A stretch of DNA of 64,000 nucleotides from a virus (IMGVR_UViG_3300031786_000572:23621-87620); one strand, 5' to 3'; shown: positions 1 through 9,332, counted from the stretch's first letter. Notes: a model not told the origin generated them from the sequence alone. A program made the numbers and translations.

Positions 1-777
1 AAAGATTTTTACAGTGATAAGATTGGCGAAGCTGAAAATGCACAAAAACAGATTGGTAAGTTCTTAACTTCATTAGCAAATATGTCAGGTACTAACATGT
101 ACATCCAAGGATACAAGACAAAGAATGAAAGTTCAAGAATACACGAAGAACATGGTTATAAGTACAATGTGCAATTCTTTGATATGAAAAGTTTAAAGTA
201 TTGGAATATTTTTGTAGACCCTAAGACTTCTGACGGCGCAGAACAGAAAAAGATTATTTTAAAAGGTAGAACATTTCCTAAAAAGGAAGAACAAACTAAA
301 GATGGAAAATCTCCGTCTGCTGAAGAGTATTGGAAAACTCAAAATCGTTTTGTTTGGAAAGGTATTCAGAGTACCAACGTTCATGACAAGTATACATTTG
401 CTATTGCACATAATGAAAGAAACCTTCTTGAGCTTAAAAAGTTATATCTTGAAGTAAATGTACAACGTTGGAACCCAAATATATACAATGGAGAGCGTAT
501 ACCTCTTTTACTTACATCACAAGCTGATGAACTTAAAGCAAGAATAGATGCATCAAATGCTGATAAAAAAGTTTTAGACCAAGACCAAGGTGGAGGCGCG
601 CCTCCAGTACTTGACCAATTTTATAGCGGATACTATATGATTAACGGTGTGCAGTTCGTATATAATAAGCAAGGACCAAGAGAAACCAAAGGTGAAAACG
701 CTGGAAAATATAATGGACCTGCATTTTATCAAACTTTTATAATGACACGTCGAGAATGGCCAACACCTCTCGGATAA
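1..777 (+). CDS. 5'-truncated CDS; candidate baseplate hub protein (T4 gp27-like)
   Basis: Frame 1 is open from base 1 (KDFYSDKIGEAENAQKQIGKF...) into the 82..777 ORF, so the gene starts upstream of the window. The C-terminal 'LEVNVQRWNPNIYNGERIPL...YSGYYMINGVQFVY' resembles the C-terminal domain pattern of gp27/late-control-D hubs, and the gene lies two genes upstream of a gp5-like gene. Confidence 0.45.
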   Translation, partial: KDFYSDKIGEAENAQKQIGKFLTSLANMSGTNMYIQGYKTKNESSRIHEEHGYKYNVQFFDMKSLKYWNIFVDPKTSDGAEQKKIILKGRTFPKKEEQTKDGKSPSAEEYWKTQNRFVWKGIQSTNVHDKYTFAIAHNERNLLELKKLYLEVNVQRWNPNIYNGERIPLLLTSQADELKARIDASNADKKVLDQDQGGGAPPVLDQFYSGYYMINGVQFVYNKQGPRETKGENAGKYNGPAFYQTFIMTRREWPTPLG

Positions 778-792
778 AAATAATAATGACCC

Positions 793-2733
793 ATGCAATA
801 CGCAGATAGTGTAACCAAATCTTTTTTAACGTACGGTAATCCTTCAACGGTTACATTACCGCCTGGTTCTATGTCAGATTGGCAAGATCCTACTTACATG
901 GGATTTCAGATAAGATTAGTGACTAGCCTAAATAATGAAGTTGACTTAGATGATATGCCGCACGGACTTTTCTGTGGAACTTATAGTCAAAAAGATAAAG
1001 AAAACGCTAGTCAATATACACACAGTAACAAATACTCTACATATAACTACTTAATTAATCGTGGTGAATATAAGAGAGCTGAATACATAAGATTATTTGA
1101 AACTGGGTTTGGTACATTACTTAATGAATGTCCTTGGTATTTTGTAAAAGTATCAGGACTTGCAGATGCTTGGAAAATTGATTCTAAGAATAACTGGAGA
1201 GGTAAAGATAAAAAAATTACGGTAGAAACACTAGAATCTATTGATATGAAAATGACATATCTAATAGACTGTTATCGTAAAGCAGTATTTGATGCAAATT
1301 GGATGAGATGGGCTGTGCCAGATCATATGCGTTGGTTTAAAATGGATATCATTATTAGTGAAGTTCGTCCTATGAAAATTGGTAAAGTTGCTGAAGAGAC
1401 AACCAATAATCCTGGGCCTGACACATCTACAGAGCCATCAACAAAATTAGGAAAACTTGCAAAGAAAGTAGGTACTTCGGTACAGCAAAAAGCAACATCA
1501 GCATTAGCTGATGTCGCGGCAAGTGCTGGTTTAACTTTAGGCCCGGGTACACCTCGTGAATATGGATTGGTTACAGATAAAACACCAGAGCCTTGGTCAG
1601 CTGCTACTTTTATAAAGTTTTCATTTGAACACTGTGAAATTGATTTAACTGAAGCTCCGCCATATTTAGATACGGTAGGGATCATAGGTGACACCGTTGC
1701 CTCTAATAAGTTTGTAATTAAAACGGGAGTTATTCGCGAGAGTAATACATACGGTCTTCTTGGAGCAATTCTTGACGATACATTAACATGGGACGCGTAT
1801 GGTAAAGATGCAGCAAAAGAAGCTAAAGTTATAAATTTCCAAACTGCTAAAGATACTGCCGCAATACCAAGTTCTTACGAAGTTAATCCAACAAGAGCTG
1901 ATACACAAAAAGCATTTGATTCCGCAAACGGGAAACCTAATTCAGGTGGTCTTTTAAGTCAGATAGGCCAGAAGGCACTTTCTGGAATAACAGCGGCTGC
2001 AACGGATCTTATTAAGAATGCTGTGAATGGTTTCTTATTAGGAAATGTATATAATGCGTCTCCACTTGGATTATTTAATGCTGCACAAGGTATTCTGAAT
2101 AATCCAACCGGGGCAGTAGAAGGTTTATTAAGAAGACAAAGTAGTCCAGGTATTGCTGCTATGATGGCAAAGAAAGTAGAACTTACAGGTGCGGAAATAA
2201 ACTTGGTTAAAACTCTTATTGGGCAGACTACATTAGAAAGCGCAGCACCGGAATTAAATAGCCCGGGTAATGTTGGATTAGTGGGAGCTGTTAACCCACC
2301 AGAAACTTTAGGCAAAGAAAGTTTAACTTCTCCAGATACTCAAACAACTCCGCCGGGGAAAGTTGTATTATCAGCTGTGCCTTCAGATAATACAACTTTA
2401 GGTAGTACTACATTTGAGTTACCAAATATAAATACTGGAGGCGCGAGTAAAGTTGATTTATCAGGTCCTGAAATACCAGCGGCTAGTCCACAGAAAACAA
2501 ACTTGGAGGCATTTGCGTCTGCAGGCATACCTTCTTCTAGAGCTAATCTTACGGCTCCTAATAAAAAGGTAGCAACACAGCAGAATGTTAGTCTTGAAGG
2601 TGCCACTGTTACTACAAGTGATCTTGGAGAGGCTGATTTAACAGGCGCACCTGCGGAAACTGCTACATTAGGAAAAGCTGATTTAACCGCAGCACTTGTA
2701 CCACCAACCACATTAGGAAAAGCTGATTTATAA
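793..2733 (+). CDS. Putative baseplate/tail-tube-initiator-like structural protein with C-terminal 15-aa repeats
   Basis: 646-aa ORF between hub-like and gp5-like genes. The function is inferred from position only. The C-terminal 170 aa are strictly periodic. Confidence 0.4.
   Translation: MQYADSVTKSFLTYGNPSTVTLPPGSMSDWQDPTYMGFQIRLVTSLNNEVDLDDMPHGLFCGTYSQKDKENASQYTHSNKYSTYNYLINRGEYKRAEYIRLFETGFGTLLNECPWYFVKVSGLADAWKIDSKNNWRGKDKKITVETLESIDMKMTYLIDCYRKAVFDANWMRWAVPDHMRWFKMDIIISEVRPMKIGKVAEETTNNPGPDTSTEPSTKLGKLAKKVGTSVQQKATSALADVAASAGLTLGPGTPREYGLVTDKTPEPWSAATFIKFSFEHCEIDLTEAPPYLDTVGIIGDTVASNKFVIKTGVIRESNTYGLLGAILDDTLTWDAYGKDAAKEAKVINFQTAKDTAAIPSSYEVNPTRADTQKAFDSANGKPNSGGLLSQIGQKALSGITAAATDLIKNAVNGFLLGNVYNASPLGLFNAAQGILNNPTGAVEGLLRRQSSPGIAAMMAKKVELTGAEINLVKTLIGQTTLESAAPELNSPGNVGLVGAVNPPETLGKESLTSPDTQTTPPGKVVLSAVPSDNTTLGSTTFELPNINTGGASKVDLSGPEIPAASPQKTNLEAFASAGIPSSRANLTAPNKKVATQQNVSLEGATVTTSDLGEADLTGAPAETATLGKADLTAALVPPTTLGKADL
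2221..2730 (+). repeat. Eleven tandem 15-aa (45-nt) degenerate repeats plus a partial twelfth
   Basis: GQTTLESAAPELNSP / GNVGLVGAVNPPETL / GKESLTSPDTQTTPP / GKVVLSAVPSDNTTL / GSTTFELPNINTGGA / SKVDLSGPEIPAASP / QKTNLEAFASAGIPS / SRANLTAPNKKVATQ / QNVSLEGATVTTSDL / GEADLTGAPAETATL / GKADLTAALVPPTTL / GKADL. Confidence 0.85.
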
Positions 2734-3512
2734 TGATAAAAGGATTAAGTAAAGAAGAGATAATTGGGAAGATATTCTACGGCGAAGTTGTAGATAATAA
2801 TGACCCGCTTCAAGAAGGGCGTTGCCGAGTTAAAGTTTTTGGTATCTTTGATGATATTCCAGACGCAGATATTCCATGGGCATCTCCGGGTTCTTCCAAT
2901 TCATTTGGAGGAGGAGAAGATGGAGGCTTTGGCAATATATCAATACCAAAGAATAAAGCAATAGTAAGACTTAGTTTTGCTGATGGTGAACTCTATAATC
3001 CAGAGTGGTTTAGCATTGCGTACATCAACCAAGAAGTTAAGAATGAAATTGCTGATTCTTATTTAAACTCACATGTTCTTATGTATGATGTTGATGAACA
3101 GATGAGAGTTTTTTATACACCGTCTAAAGGGTTTGAAATTTACTTTAAGAAATCACATATCACAATTAATCCTGATGTAAGTATTACAATAGAACACGCA
3201 GACTCACAAAGTATTATTGAACTTATAGGCCCCGATTGTAATATTACTACACAAGCAAACGTTAATGTAACCGCTGCTACAAAAATTGAAGAAACTGCTG
3301 AAACTTGTATCATAAACGGAACTCAATTAACACAATTAGGTCCAACGGGCAATTTTAGTGCAGTGGGAGCAGAACCGTTATGGGCATTCTTAAAATCCCT
3401 ATCTGCAGCAGTAGATCTTAAATGGCCTCCTTCACCAGGAGCAAATGCCTCTGCGGCAGCTGCAGCGGAAACAGCATCAACATCAACCATTGTGACTGTC
3501 ACAGTACCTTAA
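2733..3512 (+). CDS. Baseplate hub/spike protein, T4 gp5/VgrG OB-fold family (short form)
   Basis: 'FYGEVVDNNDPLQEGRCRVKVFG...IPWA...IPKNKAIVRLSFADG...P.W' is the gp5 N-terminal OB-fold signature, followed by short beta-strand repeats. No lysozyme domain is recognisable. Confidence 0.8.
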   Translation: MIKGLSKEEIIGKIFYGEVVDNNDPLQEGRCRVKVFGIFDDIPDADIPWASPGSSNSFGGGEDGGFGNISIPKNKAIVRLSFADGELYNPEWFSIAYINQEVKNEIADSYLNSHVLMYDVDEQMRVFYTPSKGFEIYFKKSHITINPDVSITIEHADSQSIIELIGPDCNITTQANVNVTAATKIEETAETCIINGTQLTQLGPTGNFSAVGAEPLWAFLKSLSAAVDLKWPPSPGANASAAAAAETASTSTIVTVTVP

Positions 3513-3521
3513 TCATGAAAC

Positions 3522-6212
3522 ATGGCAGATCTATCACCAGCAGCTCAAGCAATAGTTGAAGCACTAAAATCTAAAGCAAAAGTTATAGACGGAGTTCCCT
3601 ACATGCCCACTGGGTTTGAAGGTAAATCTGCGTCTGAACTTTTAGACGCAGTGAATGCTTCATATACTAAAATTGGAAAAGCAACTGTAGGTTCAAATAA
3701 AAATGCAGCTGGTTTAGGTGGAGGCGCAACTCGTAGCAATGCGGTTATACCAACAGATATTACGGCAGCACCATCGTCAACAACAAATATTCTTCCAAAT
3801 TATTCTAAAGAAGAAATTGAAGAAGTTGCTAAGGAAGCTGTTCAAGAATGTGAAATTCGCAAAGCAGTTCCTAACATTTTAAATAACGTTCAGTTATCTG
3901 AAGCTATTGATGCAAAGTGTGATATTAAACCACCTGTGCCATTCTTACCTGCTGAATTTTTACCTGACACTCCAGTTGAGTTAAAGCCAGAACCTGAGCC
4001 AGAAGATTCTTTAGCACCTCCTAAATATACGCTTGTCACATTGGTTAATCTTGATGGATTAACTGCAAACGGAAATGAATATGCTGAAATAAAAGTTCTT
4101 AAGAATGATGGTGATAAAGTTTCTTGTGGAGAAACTATCATGGAAGTTGGTGGAATAGCTGTTACTTGTCCTATAGTTGATGGGACAGTTAAAAAAATAA
4201 TCACCAAAGAAAAAGCTGTTAAGTTTAGCCAGCTATTTGTAGTAGAAGAACCTAATCCAGTAGATACATCGAAAAAAGTTTTTGCTGAAGCTGATAATCT
4301 TAAAAAGAAGATTGATGAAATGATTCTTCTTAAAGAAAGATTAGGAGTACTTGAGCCACAAGTATGGCACTCAAAAATTATCTGGGGAATCTTTGAAGGC
4401 CAGTACCAAGGATACATTGCATATTATCAAAAATTTAATGATCTTATAACTCAAAGAAATACTCTTAATGATGAGTTTATTGAAAATAGAAAGAAATTAG
4501 AAGATCTTTTTTATACGTATACTTATACTACTACATCACAATCAAAAGCGGATCTTGTTGCAGCTATAACTACAAGAACTGAAAAGTTTATCTTACCTAA
4601 TGATTATAACAGTAATAAGAAAAAACAAATTACTGAATTACTTGCAAGACAGGCTGAACTTGTTACATTAATAGGTAATGTTACATCACAACTTGATGCT
4701 GTAAGAGCTGAACAGCCTACTTATTTTGCATTAGATAAGACTAAAGAAATTAATGCAAGTGTTACTTCTGTCCCGTTTACAAAAGGTGTTAAAGGATCAC
4801 AATACACAATCATACCATTTAAGTCAGGTGATAAAATATCTTCTCCGTATATTGACATATTAAAAGGATTACCTGCTATTATAGAGCCTTTTACTAATAA
4901 CATATTATTGGCAGGTAGATACTTTAATAGGTGGAGTGATATTCCTAATCCTTTACAACCAAATGTTCATTTTGATATTAATCAAAAAGGAATCTTTTCT
5001 TATAACACATTAATTAGAGTAGAAACTTCACCAACTGATTATGATTTTGAAGTTAAAGGAGGTATTCGTAGATGGTCAGGAAGTATGTGGAAAACCCGAT
5101 ACGATTTCTTTAACACAGCAACAGCAGTTTCTAAAGGTATTAAACCGTCAGATGATCCTGATGAAGTAACGCAAAAGACAGGTGATTTAAGTTTACAAGA
5201 AAGAGCGTTACCTGCGGTAATAGAAAAACTTGCTACCGATAATTATAATGCGGTTGTAGAATACTGTAAGAACTTTGGTTACTATTTATTAAATGATGGT
5301 TCAATATTCATACAAAACGGCAAGAATAAAACTACTGAACTTGATAAGAAACGCAAAGATGCACAAGCGGCATTTGATAAACTTCATGATGAATATGCGG
5401 CTATTCGTAAAAAAATAGTAGAAACAGAGATATACATAGACTCATTTCCAAATATCATTAAAAACATAACTACAAGTGGTTGTGGAATGGTAGGCGGTGG
5501 TCCTGCATCAGTTGGTAAGTATGAAGGTAAGAAAGCTAAAATCATTCCTTGGCCGTTTAGTGATGGTGGGGGTGGTGCTGGTGCTGGTGTCCCAGGTGAT
5601 AATGATAAAGAAAACGGAAACCCAGACCCTAATTCTCCGCCATCAACATCTCTTGCATATTGGAAAAAATATTGTAAGCGAGCAACTACGGTTAACTTGC
5701 TTCCTACATACTGGCCTATCGGTATTATTATACCTACACCAAGTGGATTAATTAAGATACCTTTTCCTATTATCTGGACACCGCTTGCAGTTATTCCGTC
5801 GGATCTTGCACTAATTGTGATAGGAATAACAATGTGCGGTATTTGCCCAGGACCTTTTATCTATATAGTAAACCCGGGTTGGCCGTTTCCTATAGGAATG
5901 GTTAAAGCAAAAGAATCTTGGTTTGTGGTAGGAAATCGTGGACCAAAAAATATTGATTCTATTACTACATCTGAAGTTTCTGCGCTTGACATACCTACAG
6001 TTAACATACCGTTAAAATACACAAAGAATGGACAGACTGTTAAGACTAATGTCAAAATTAACGTGGGACCTATTGTAACTCAACTTTTACCTTTTATACA
6101 AGATGATTTACCTGTGTATGAAAGATTAACCATGACAAATGTTGTCTACTTATTATATCTTGCAAAATGGTGCAAGCAAGGAAAAAACACATACGGATTC
6201 TTTACAAGTTAG
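3522..6212 (+). CDS. Large hypothetical protein (lipoyl/barrel-sandwich-like segment, coiled coils, hydrophobic Pro-rich C-terminus)
   Basis: 896-aa ORF containing 'VLKNDGDKVSCGETIMEV...VTCPIVDGTVKKI', a hybrid-motif pattern, and a hydrophobic 'WPIGIIIPTP...LIVIGITMCGICPGPFIYIV' tail. It ends in TAG. Confidence 0.55.
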   Translation: MADLSPAAQAIVEALKSKAKVIDGVPYMPTGFEGKSASELLDAVNASYTKIGKATVGSNKNAAGLGGGATRSNAVIPTDITAAPSSTTNILPNYSKEEIEEVAKEAVQECEIRKAVPNILNNVQLSEAIDAKCDIKPPVPFLPAEFLPDTPVELKPEPEPEDSLAPPKYTLVTLVNLDGLTANGNEYAEIKVLKNDGDKVSCGETIMEVGGIAVTCPIVDGTVKKIITKEKAVKFSQLFVVEEPNPVDTSKKVFAEADNLKKKIDEMILLKERLGVLEPQVWHSKIIWGIFEGQYQGYIAYYQKFNDLITQRNTLNDEFIENRKKLEDLFYTYTYTTTSQSKADLVAAITTRTEKFILPNDYNSNKKKQITELLARQAELVTLIGNVTSQLDAVRAEQPTYFALDKTKEINASVTSVPFTKGVKGSQYTIIPFKSGDKISSPYIDILKGLPAIIEPFTNNILLAGRYFNRWSDIPNPLQPNVHFDINQKGIFSYNTLIRVETSPTDYDFEVKGGIRRWSGSMWKTRYDFFNTATAVSKGIKPSDDPDEVTQKTGDLSLQERALPAVIEKLATDNYNAVVEYCKNFGYYLLNDGSIFIQNGKNKTTELDKKRKDAQAAFDKLHDEYAAIRKKIVETEIYIDSFPNIIKNITTSGCGMVGGGPASVGKYEGKKAKIIPWPFSDGGGGAGAGVPGDNDKENGNPDPNSPPSTSLAYWKKYCKRATTVNLLPTYWPIGIIIPTPSGLIKIPFPIIWTPLAVIPSDLALIVIGITMCGICPGPFIYIVNPGWPFPIGMVKAKESWFVVGNRGPKNIDSITTSEVSALDIPTVNIPLKYTKNGQTVKTNVKINVGPIVTQLLPFIQDDLPVYERLTMTNVVYLLYLAKWCKQGKNTYGFFTS

Positions 6213-6243
6213 AGTCCTTAAAAATATATGATCAAACATCGCG

Positions 6244-6251
6244 GATATATA
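6244..6251 (+). promoter_or_regulatory. Putative late-type promoter motif GATATATA
   Basis: The same octamer occurs in intergenic DNA at 24838, 39081 and 57085, each ahead of structural or virion gene blocks. Confidence 0.4.
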
Positions 6252-6265
6252 CAAAAAGCAAAAAT

Positions 6266-7471
6266 ATGGAACTAAAAAAACAAGACGAAATTTTCGATGA
6301 CAACTATTGGGCACTCCTTGCAACAAATGGCAAGTTAGTACCAAATGCGAAATTAAGTAGTAAAGCAGGCAATGCTGTTTATTGCCACGAATCATACGCT
6401 GAAGATTTATTGGCGGTGTATCAAGGAATGACTGAAACGGCAAATAAAGAGCCGAAAGTAGGTGAAGTTTATAAACTTGTAGATGTAAGAGTCGGTGTTA
6501 ACCGTGAACTATACGTTACACTTACAGGTTTTATTGATGCAACAGTTAATCTGGAGCAAGAGAAGAAATTCCTAGCAATGTTAGGAATGACTGAAGAAGA
6601 ATTGGTAGAGAGTTTAAAAACCGAAGACGGTAAAAAACATTTCTGTGCTAATCAGTATCATGTAAGAGTTGAGATGATTAAACCTTATGTTAAGGTATCT
6701 CTTTATGAAGGGCAGCTTTCTCATATCAAAGAAGATTTCTTTGGGCAGATTGGAAAACCTACAACAGCTTACTATGGAACTATTACAGGTAAGAACCAAG
6801 GTGGATTTATTATTGCGGTTCAAGGTATTAATGGTTTCCTTCCTGGATCTCTTGCGGCAGCTAATGTGGTACGAGACTTTGATAGTATGATTGGTAAAAC
6901 AGTTCCAGTGATGGTTGAAGATTATCTTACAGAGAGTAGTACATTCGTATTCTCTTATAAGAAATATCTTGCTTATGTTCTTCCAACAAAAATTGAAGAA
7001 CTTGACCTTGATGCAAAATACACAGGGACAGTTACAGGTATTGCAAAATATGGTATCTTTGTTGAGTTTGATGAAATCTTTACAGGATTACTTCATAGCA
7101 GTAAAATGTCTGCGGCTCTTAAAGAATCGTTTAAGAACTTTGAGTTTAAACCTGGAGATACGGTTGACTTCTGGATTAGAGAGATTACGCCAGATAAGAA
7201 AATCATTTTATCTGATGAAGATCCTTCATTCCGTAGAAAAGAACTTGAAGAATTTAAAGATCAAAACGTTGGAATTATTCGCAGCGGGGAAGTGGTGTCA
7301 ATTCAACCATTTGGTGCACTAATTAAAATCCAAAAAGATATGGTTGGTCTTATTTCCCAAAAGGAAATTAAAATGAAAAAGAAACGATTCAATGTAGGTG
7401 ATGAAGTTATGGTCACTATTGAAAGAGTTGCTAACGATAAAATTTTCTTAACATTACCAAGCGAATCGTAA
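6266..7471 (+). CDS. rpsA: Ribosomal protein bS1 homologue (about four S1 domains)
   Basis: Repeated S1/OB motifs: 'YGTITGKNQGGFIIAVQGINGFLPGSL...VRDFDSMIGKTVPVMV' (bS1 D2-like), 'YTGTVTGIAKYGIFVEFDEIFTGLLHSSKM' (D3-like) and 'SGEVVSIQPFGALIKI...GLISQKEI...FNVGDEVMVTI' (D4-like). The start was moved from 6167 to the ATG at 6266, which has an A-rich context and lies after the upstream stop. Confidence 0.85.
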   Translation: MELKKQDEIFDDNYWALLATNGKLVPNAKLSSKAGNAVYCHESYAEDLLAVYQGMTETANKEPKVGEVYKLVDVRVGVNRELYVTLTGFIDATVNLEQEKKFLAMLGMTEEELVESLKTEDGKKHFCANQYHVRVEMIKPYVKVSLYEGQLSHIKEDFFGQIGKPTTAYYGTITGKNQGGFIIAVQGINGFLPGSLAAANVVRDFDSMIGKTVPVMVEDYLTESSTFVFSYKKYLAYVLPTKIEELDLDAKYTGTVTGIAKYGIFVEFDEIFTGLLHSSKMSAALKESFKNFEFKPGDTVDFWIREITPDKKIILSDEDPSFRRKELEEFKDQNVGIIRSGEVVSIQPFGALIKIQKDMVGLISQKEIKMKKKRFNVGDEVMVTIERVANDKIFLTLPSES

Positions 7472-7472
7472 G

Positions 7473-7613
7473 ATGGCTGAATGTCCAAGATGTAAAACTA
7501 GTTTAGGTTGCTCATGTCAACTTAAGAATGCATCAGACGGAACTGAAGTATGTGAAGAATGTATAGAAAATTACGAATTAAAATTAAAGGCAAAGAAACG
7601 CAATGAAAGTTAA
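7473..7613 (+). CDS. Small Cys-rich protein (46 aa), not in ORF track
   Basis: MAECPRCKTSLGCSCQLKNASDGTEVCEECIENYELKLKAKKRNES*. It fills the gap exactly between the S1 stop (7471) and the next start (7603), and has CxxC, CxC and CxxC motifs. Confidence 0.7.
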   Translation: MAECPRCKTSLGCSCQLKNASDGTEVCEECIENYELKLKAKKRNES

Positions 7614-9009
7614 AAAGTCTTATACCGAAGCTGAAATCCTTGACGCCGGAAAGATTGGATATGAATTTGAGTTTTATTCAAATTTATCCATTGAAAAGAC
7701 CGCTCGTGGATTAGCCAAGTATATCCAAAAGAGGGTGGTTATTCCTATGGCACTTAGTAACATACAAAAGCCTAAACCTCTTTATCATTCGCCAATCACG
7801 CCTACTGCTGATATCTTTAAACTAGAGCCTGATTATTCAGGAGGTAAAAATATGATGGAACTTGTTACGGGCCCTATGTCTTATAAAGATGCCCGTAATG
7901 TTCTAATCAAAGTTTTTGAGTGGATTAAAGATAACGGATACACAAATGAAAGATGCTCTATACATGCTAACATTAGTATAGATCCTAATAAGTTACCTAC
8001 GCTAGTAAATATTCCTCAAATGAATGTTGCCAAATTCATACTTGATTTTGATGAAGGTAGAATTTACGATGTATTCCCACAAAGAAAAGATTCCGTTTAT
8101 GCAAGAAGTATAAAAAATCTTAGACCTAATAAGGTTATGTTTTATTCTCCTTCTTTAGAAGAGTTTAGTCGTTCAACTATGGCAATACCTGATGAAAAGT
8201 ATTTTGGGGTGAACTTTACAAAGTTGGAAAAAGGATACTTAGAATACAGATATATGGGAGGTAAAGATTATCATACTAAGGCTCGTAAGATTCTTAGTCT
8301 TGTTGATTATTACATCTTACATATGTTTAGTGTTTTAAACTTTAATGGTCAATATTCACAAGTTGACCGAGCTAAGTTTAAGAGCATGATGGAAAAACAA
8401 GAAATCATATACAAATCATTTATTAAATACGGAGAGTTTAAAAAGAACTATCCTGACATTGAGCTTTCAATGGATATGATTAAAGATGATCAAACTCTAT
8501 CTGCTGTTTGGGGTAATCTACGAGAAAAACTATTTGATCTTGTAGTTACTGGAGGAATGACTAAAGGTAAATTTAATTATGATACTGATTTAGGTCGCTT
8601 CCAACTTCAAGACACTAAACTAAATAACTGTAAAGTTGAAGACATTGAGTTTATTAATTGTGAGATCCAAGGTGTTATAGACCGTTCATGGTTTTATAAC
8701 TGTACTGTAAAGAACTCTAGAATTACAAATTCGTGGGCTATGAAAGAGAATGTTTTTGAGTTCTCTAAAATTGCTGATACTCCACTTCACGTTACTAATG
8801 TATGTAATGACTGTTTCATCGAGAATAAACGTTTCGTTATTAACTGTGAAGTCAATAAAGGAGTTATTCGTAATGGTGAAATTGGTAAACTTGCAAAAGT
8901 TTCAAAAGAAACTATGATTGTTGAACTGATTGAGCCATCTGAATCTGACGGCGGATTTAAAAGTGAAGAAACAGGAAAGAAAGAAGAAATAAAAAAAGCA
9001 AAGAAATAA
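7603..9009 (+). CDS. Putative amidoligase (COOH-NH2 ligase type 2 family) with beta-helix-like C-terminal region
   Basis: 'IGYEFEFY', 'MELVTGPM', 'CSIHANISI', 'KYFGVNF' and 'YLEYRYMGG' match the putative amidoligase motif series. The C-terminus has repeated xNC/xDC beta-strand units. Confidence 0.65.
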   Translation: MKVKKSYTEAEILDAGKIGYEFEFYSNLSIEKTARGLAKYIQKRVVIPMALSNIQKPKPLYHSPITPTADIFKLEPDYSGGKNMMELVTGPMSYKDARNVLIKVFEWIKDNGYTNERCSIHANISIDPNKLPTLVNIPQMNVAKFILDFDEGRIYDVFPQRKDSVYARSIKNLRPNKVMFYSPSLEEFSRSTMAIPDEKYFGVNFTKLEKGYLEYRYMGGKDYHTKARKILSLVDYYILHMFSVLNFNGQYSQVDRAKFKSMMEKQEIIYKSFIKYGEFKKNYPDIELSMDMIKDDQTLSAVWGNLREKLFDLVVTGGMTKGKFNYDTDLGRFQLQDTKLNNCKVEDIEFINCEIQGVIDRSWFYNCTVKNSRITNSWAMKENVFEFSKIADTPLHVTNVCNDCFIENKRFVINCEVNKGVIRNGEIGKLAKVSKETMIVELIEPSESDGGFKSEETGKKEEIKKAKK

Positions 9010-9011
9010 AG

Positions 9012-9308
9012 ATGAAACACATTAAACTATATGAAGACTATATTAATGAGGGTTCTATAAAGCAATTTGATAAAGATGTTGACACTTTAATTAAAAACAT
9101 CAAAAGTGGTTATGGCTGGATTGAACCAGAATACGTAATAGATTCATGGGATAACGTAAGTAATACTATTAGCTTTGAATTAGTTAAAGGTGAAGTTTTA
9201 AAAAGATTATTTAATGCTGGTGTTTTATATCACTCTTCTGCTAATGGCAAAGAAAAGGGTGCAAAAGTTACATTAAGCGAAATAGGAGCATTAGCGCTAA
9301 TGCGCTAA
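9012..9308 (+). CDS. Small protein with N-terminal capsid-targeting-like tag (MKHIKLYEDYINEG)
   Basis: The tag is shared with the 57-64 kb gene array. Confidence 0.7.
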   Translation: MKHIKLYEDYINEGSIKQFDKDVDTLIKNIKSGYGWIEPEYVIDSWDNVSNTISFELVKGEVLKRLFNAGVLYHSSANGKEKGAKVTLSEIGALALMR

Positions 9309-9332
9309 CTTATTGTAAATAAAAGAATCAAG

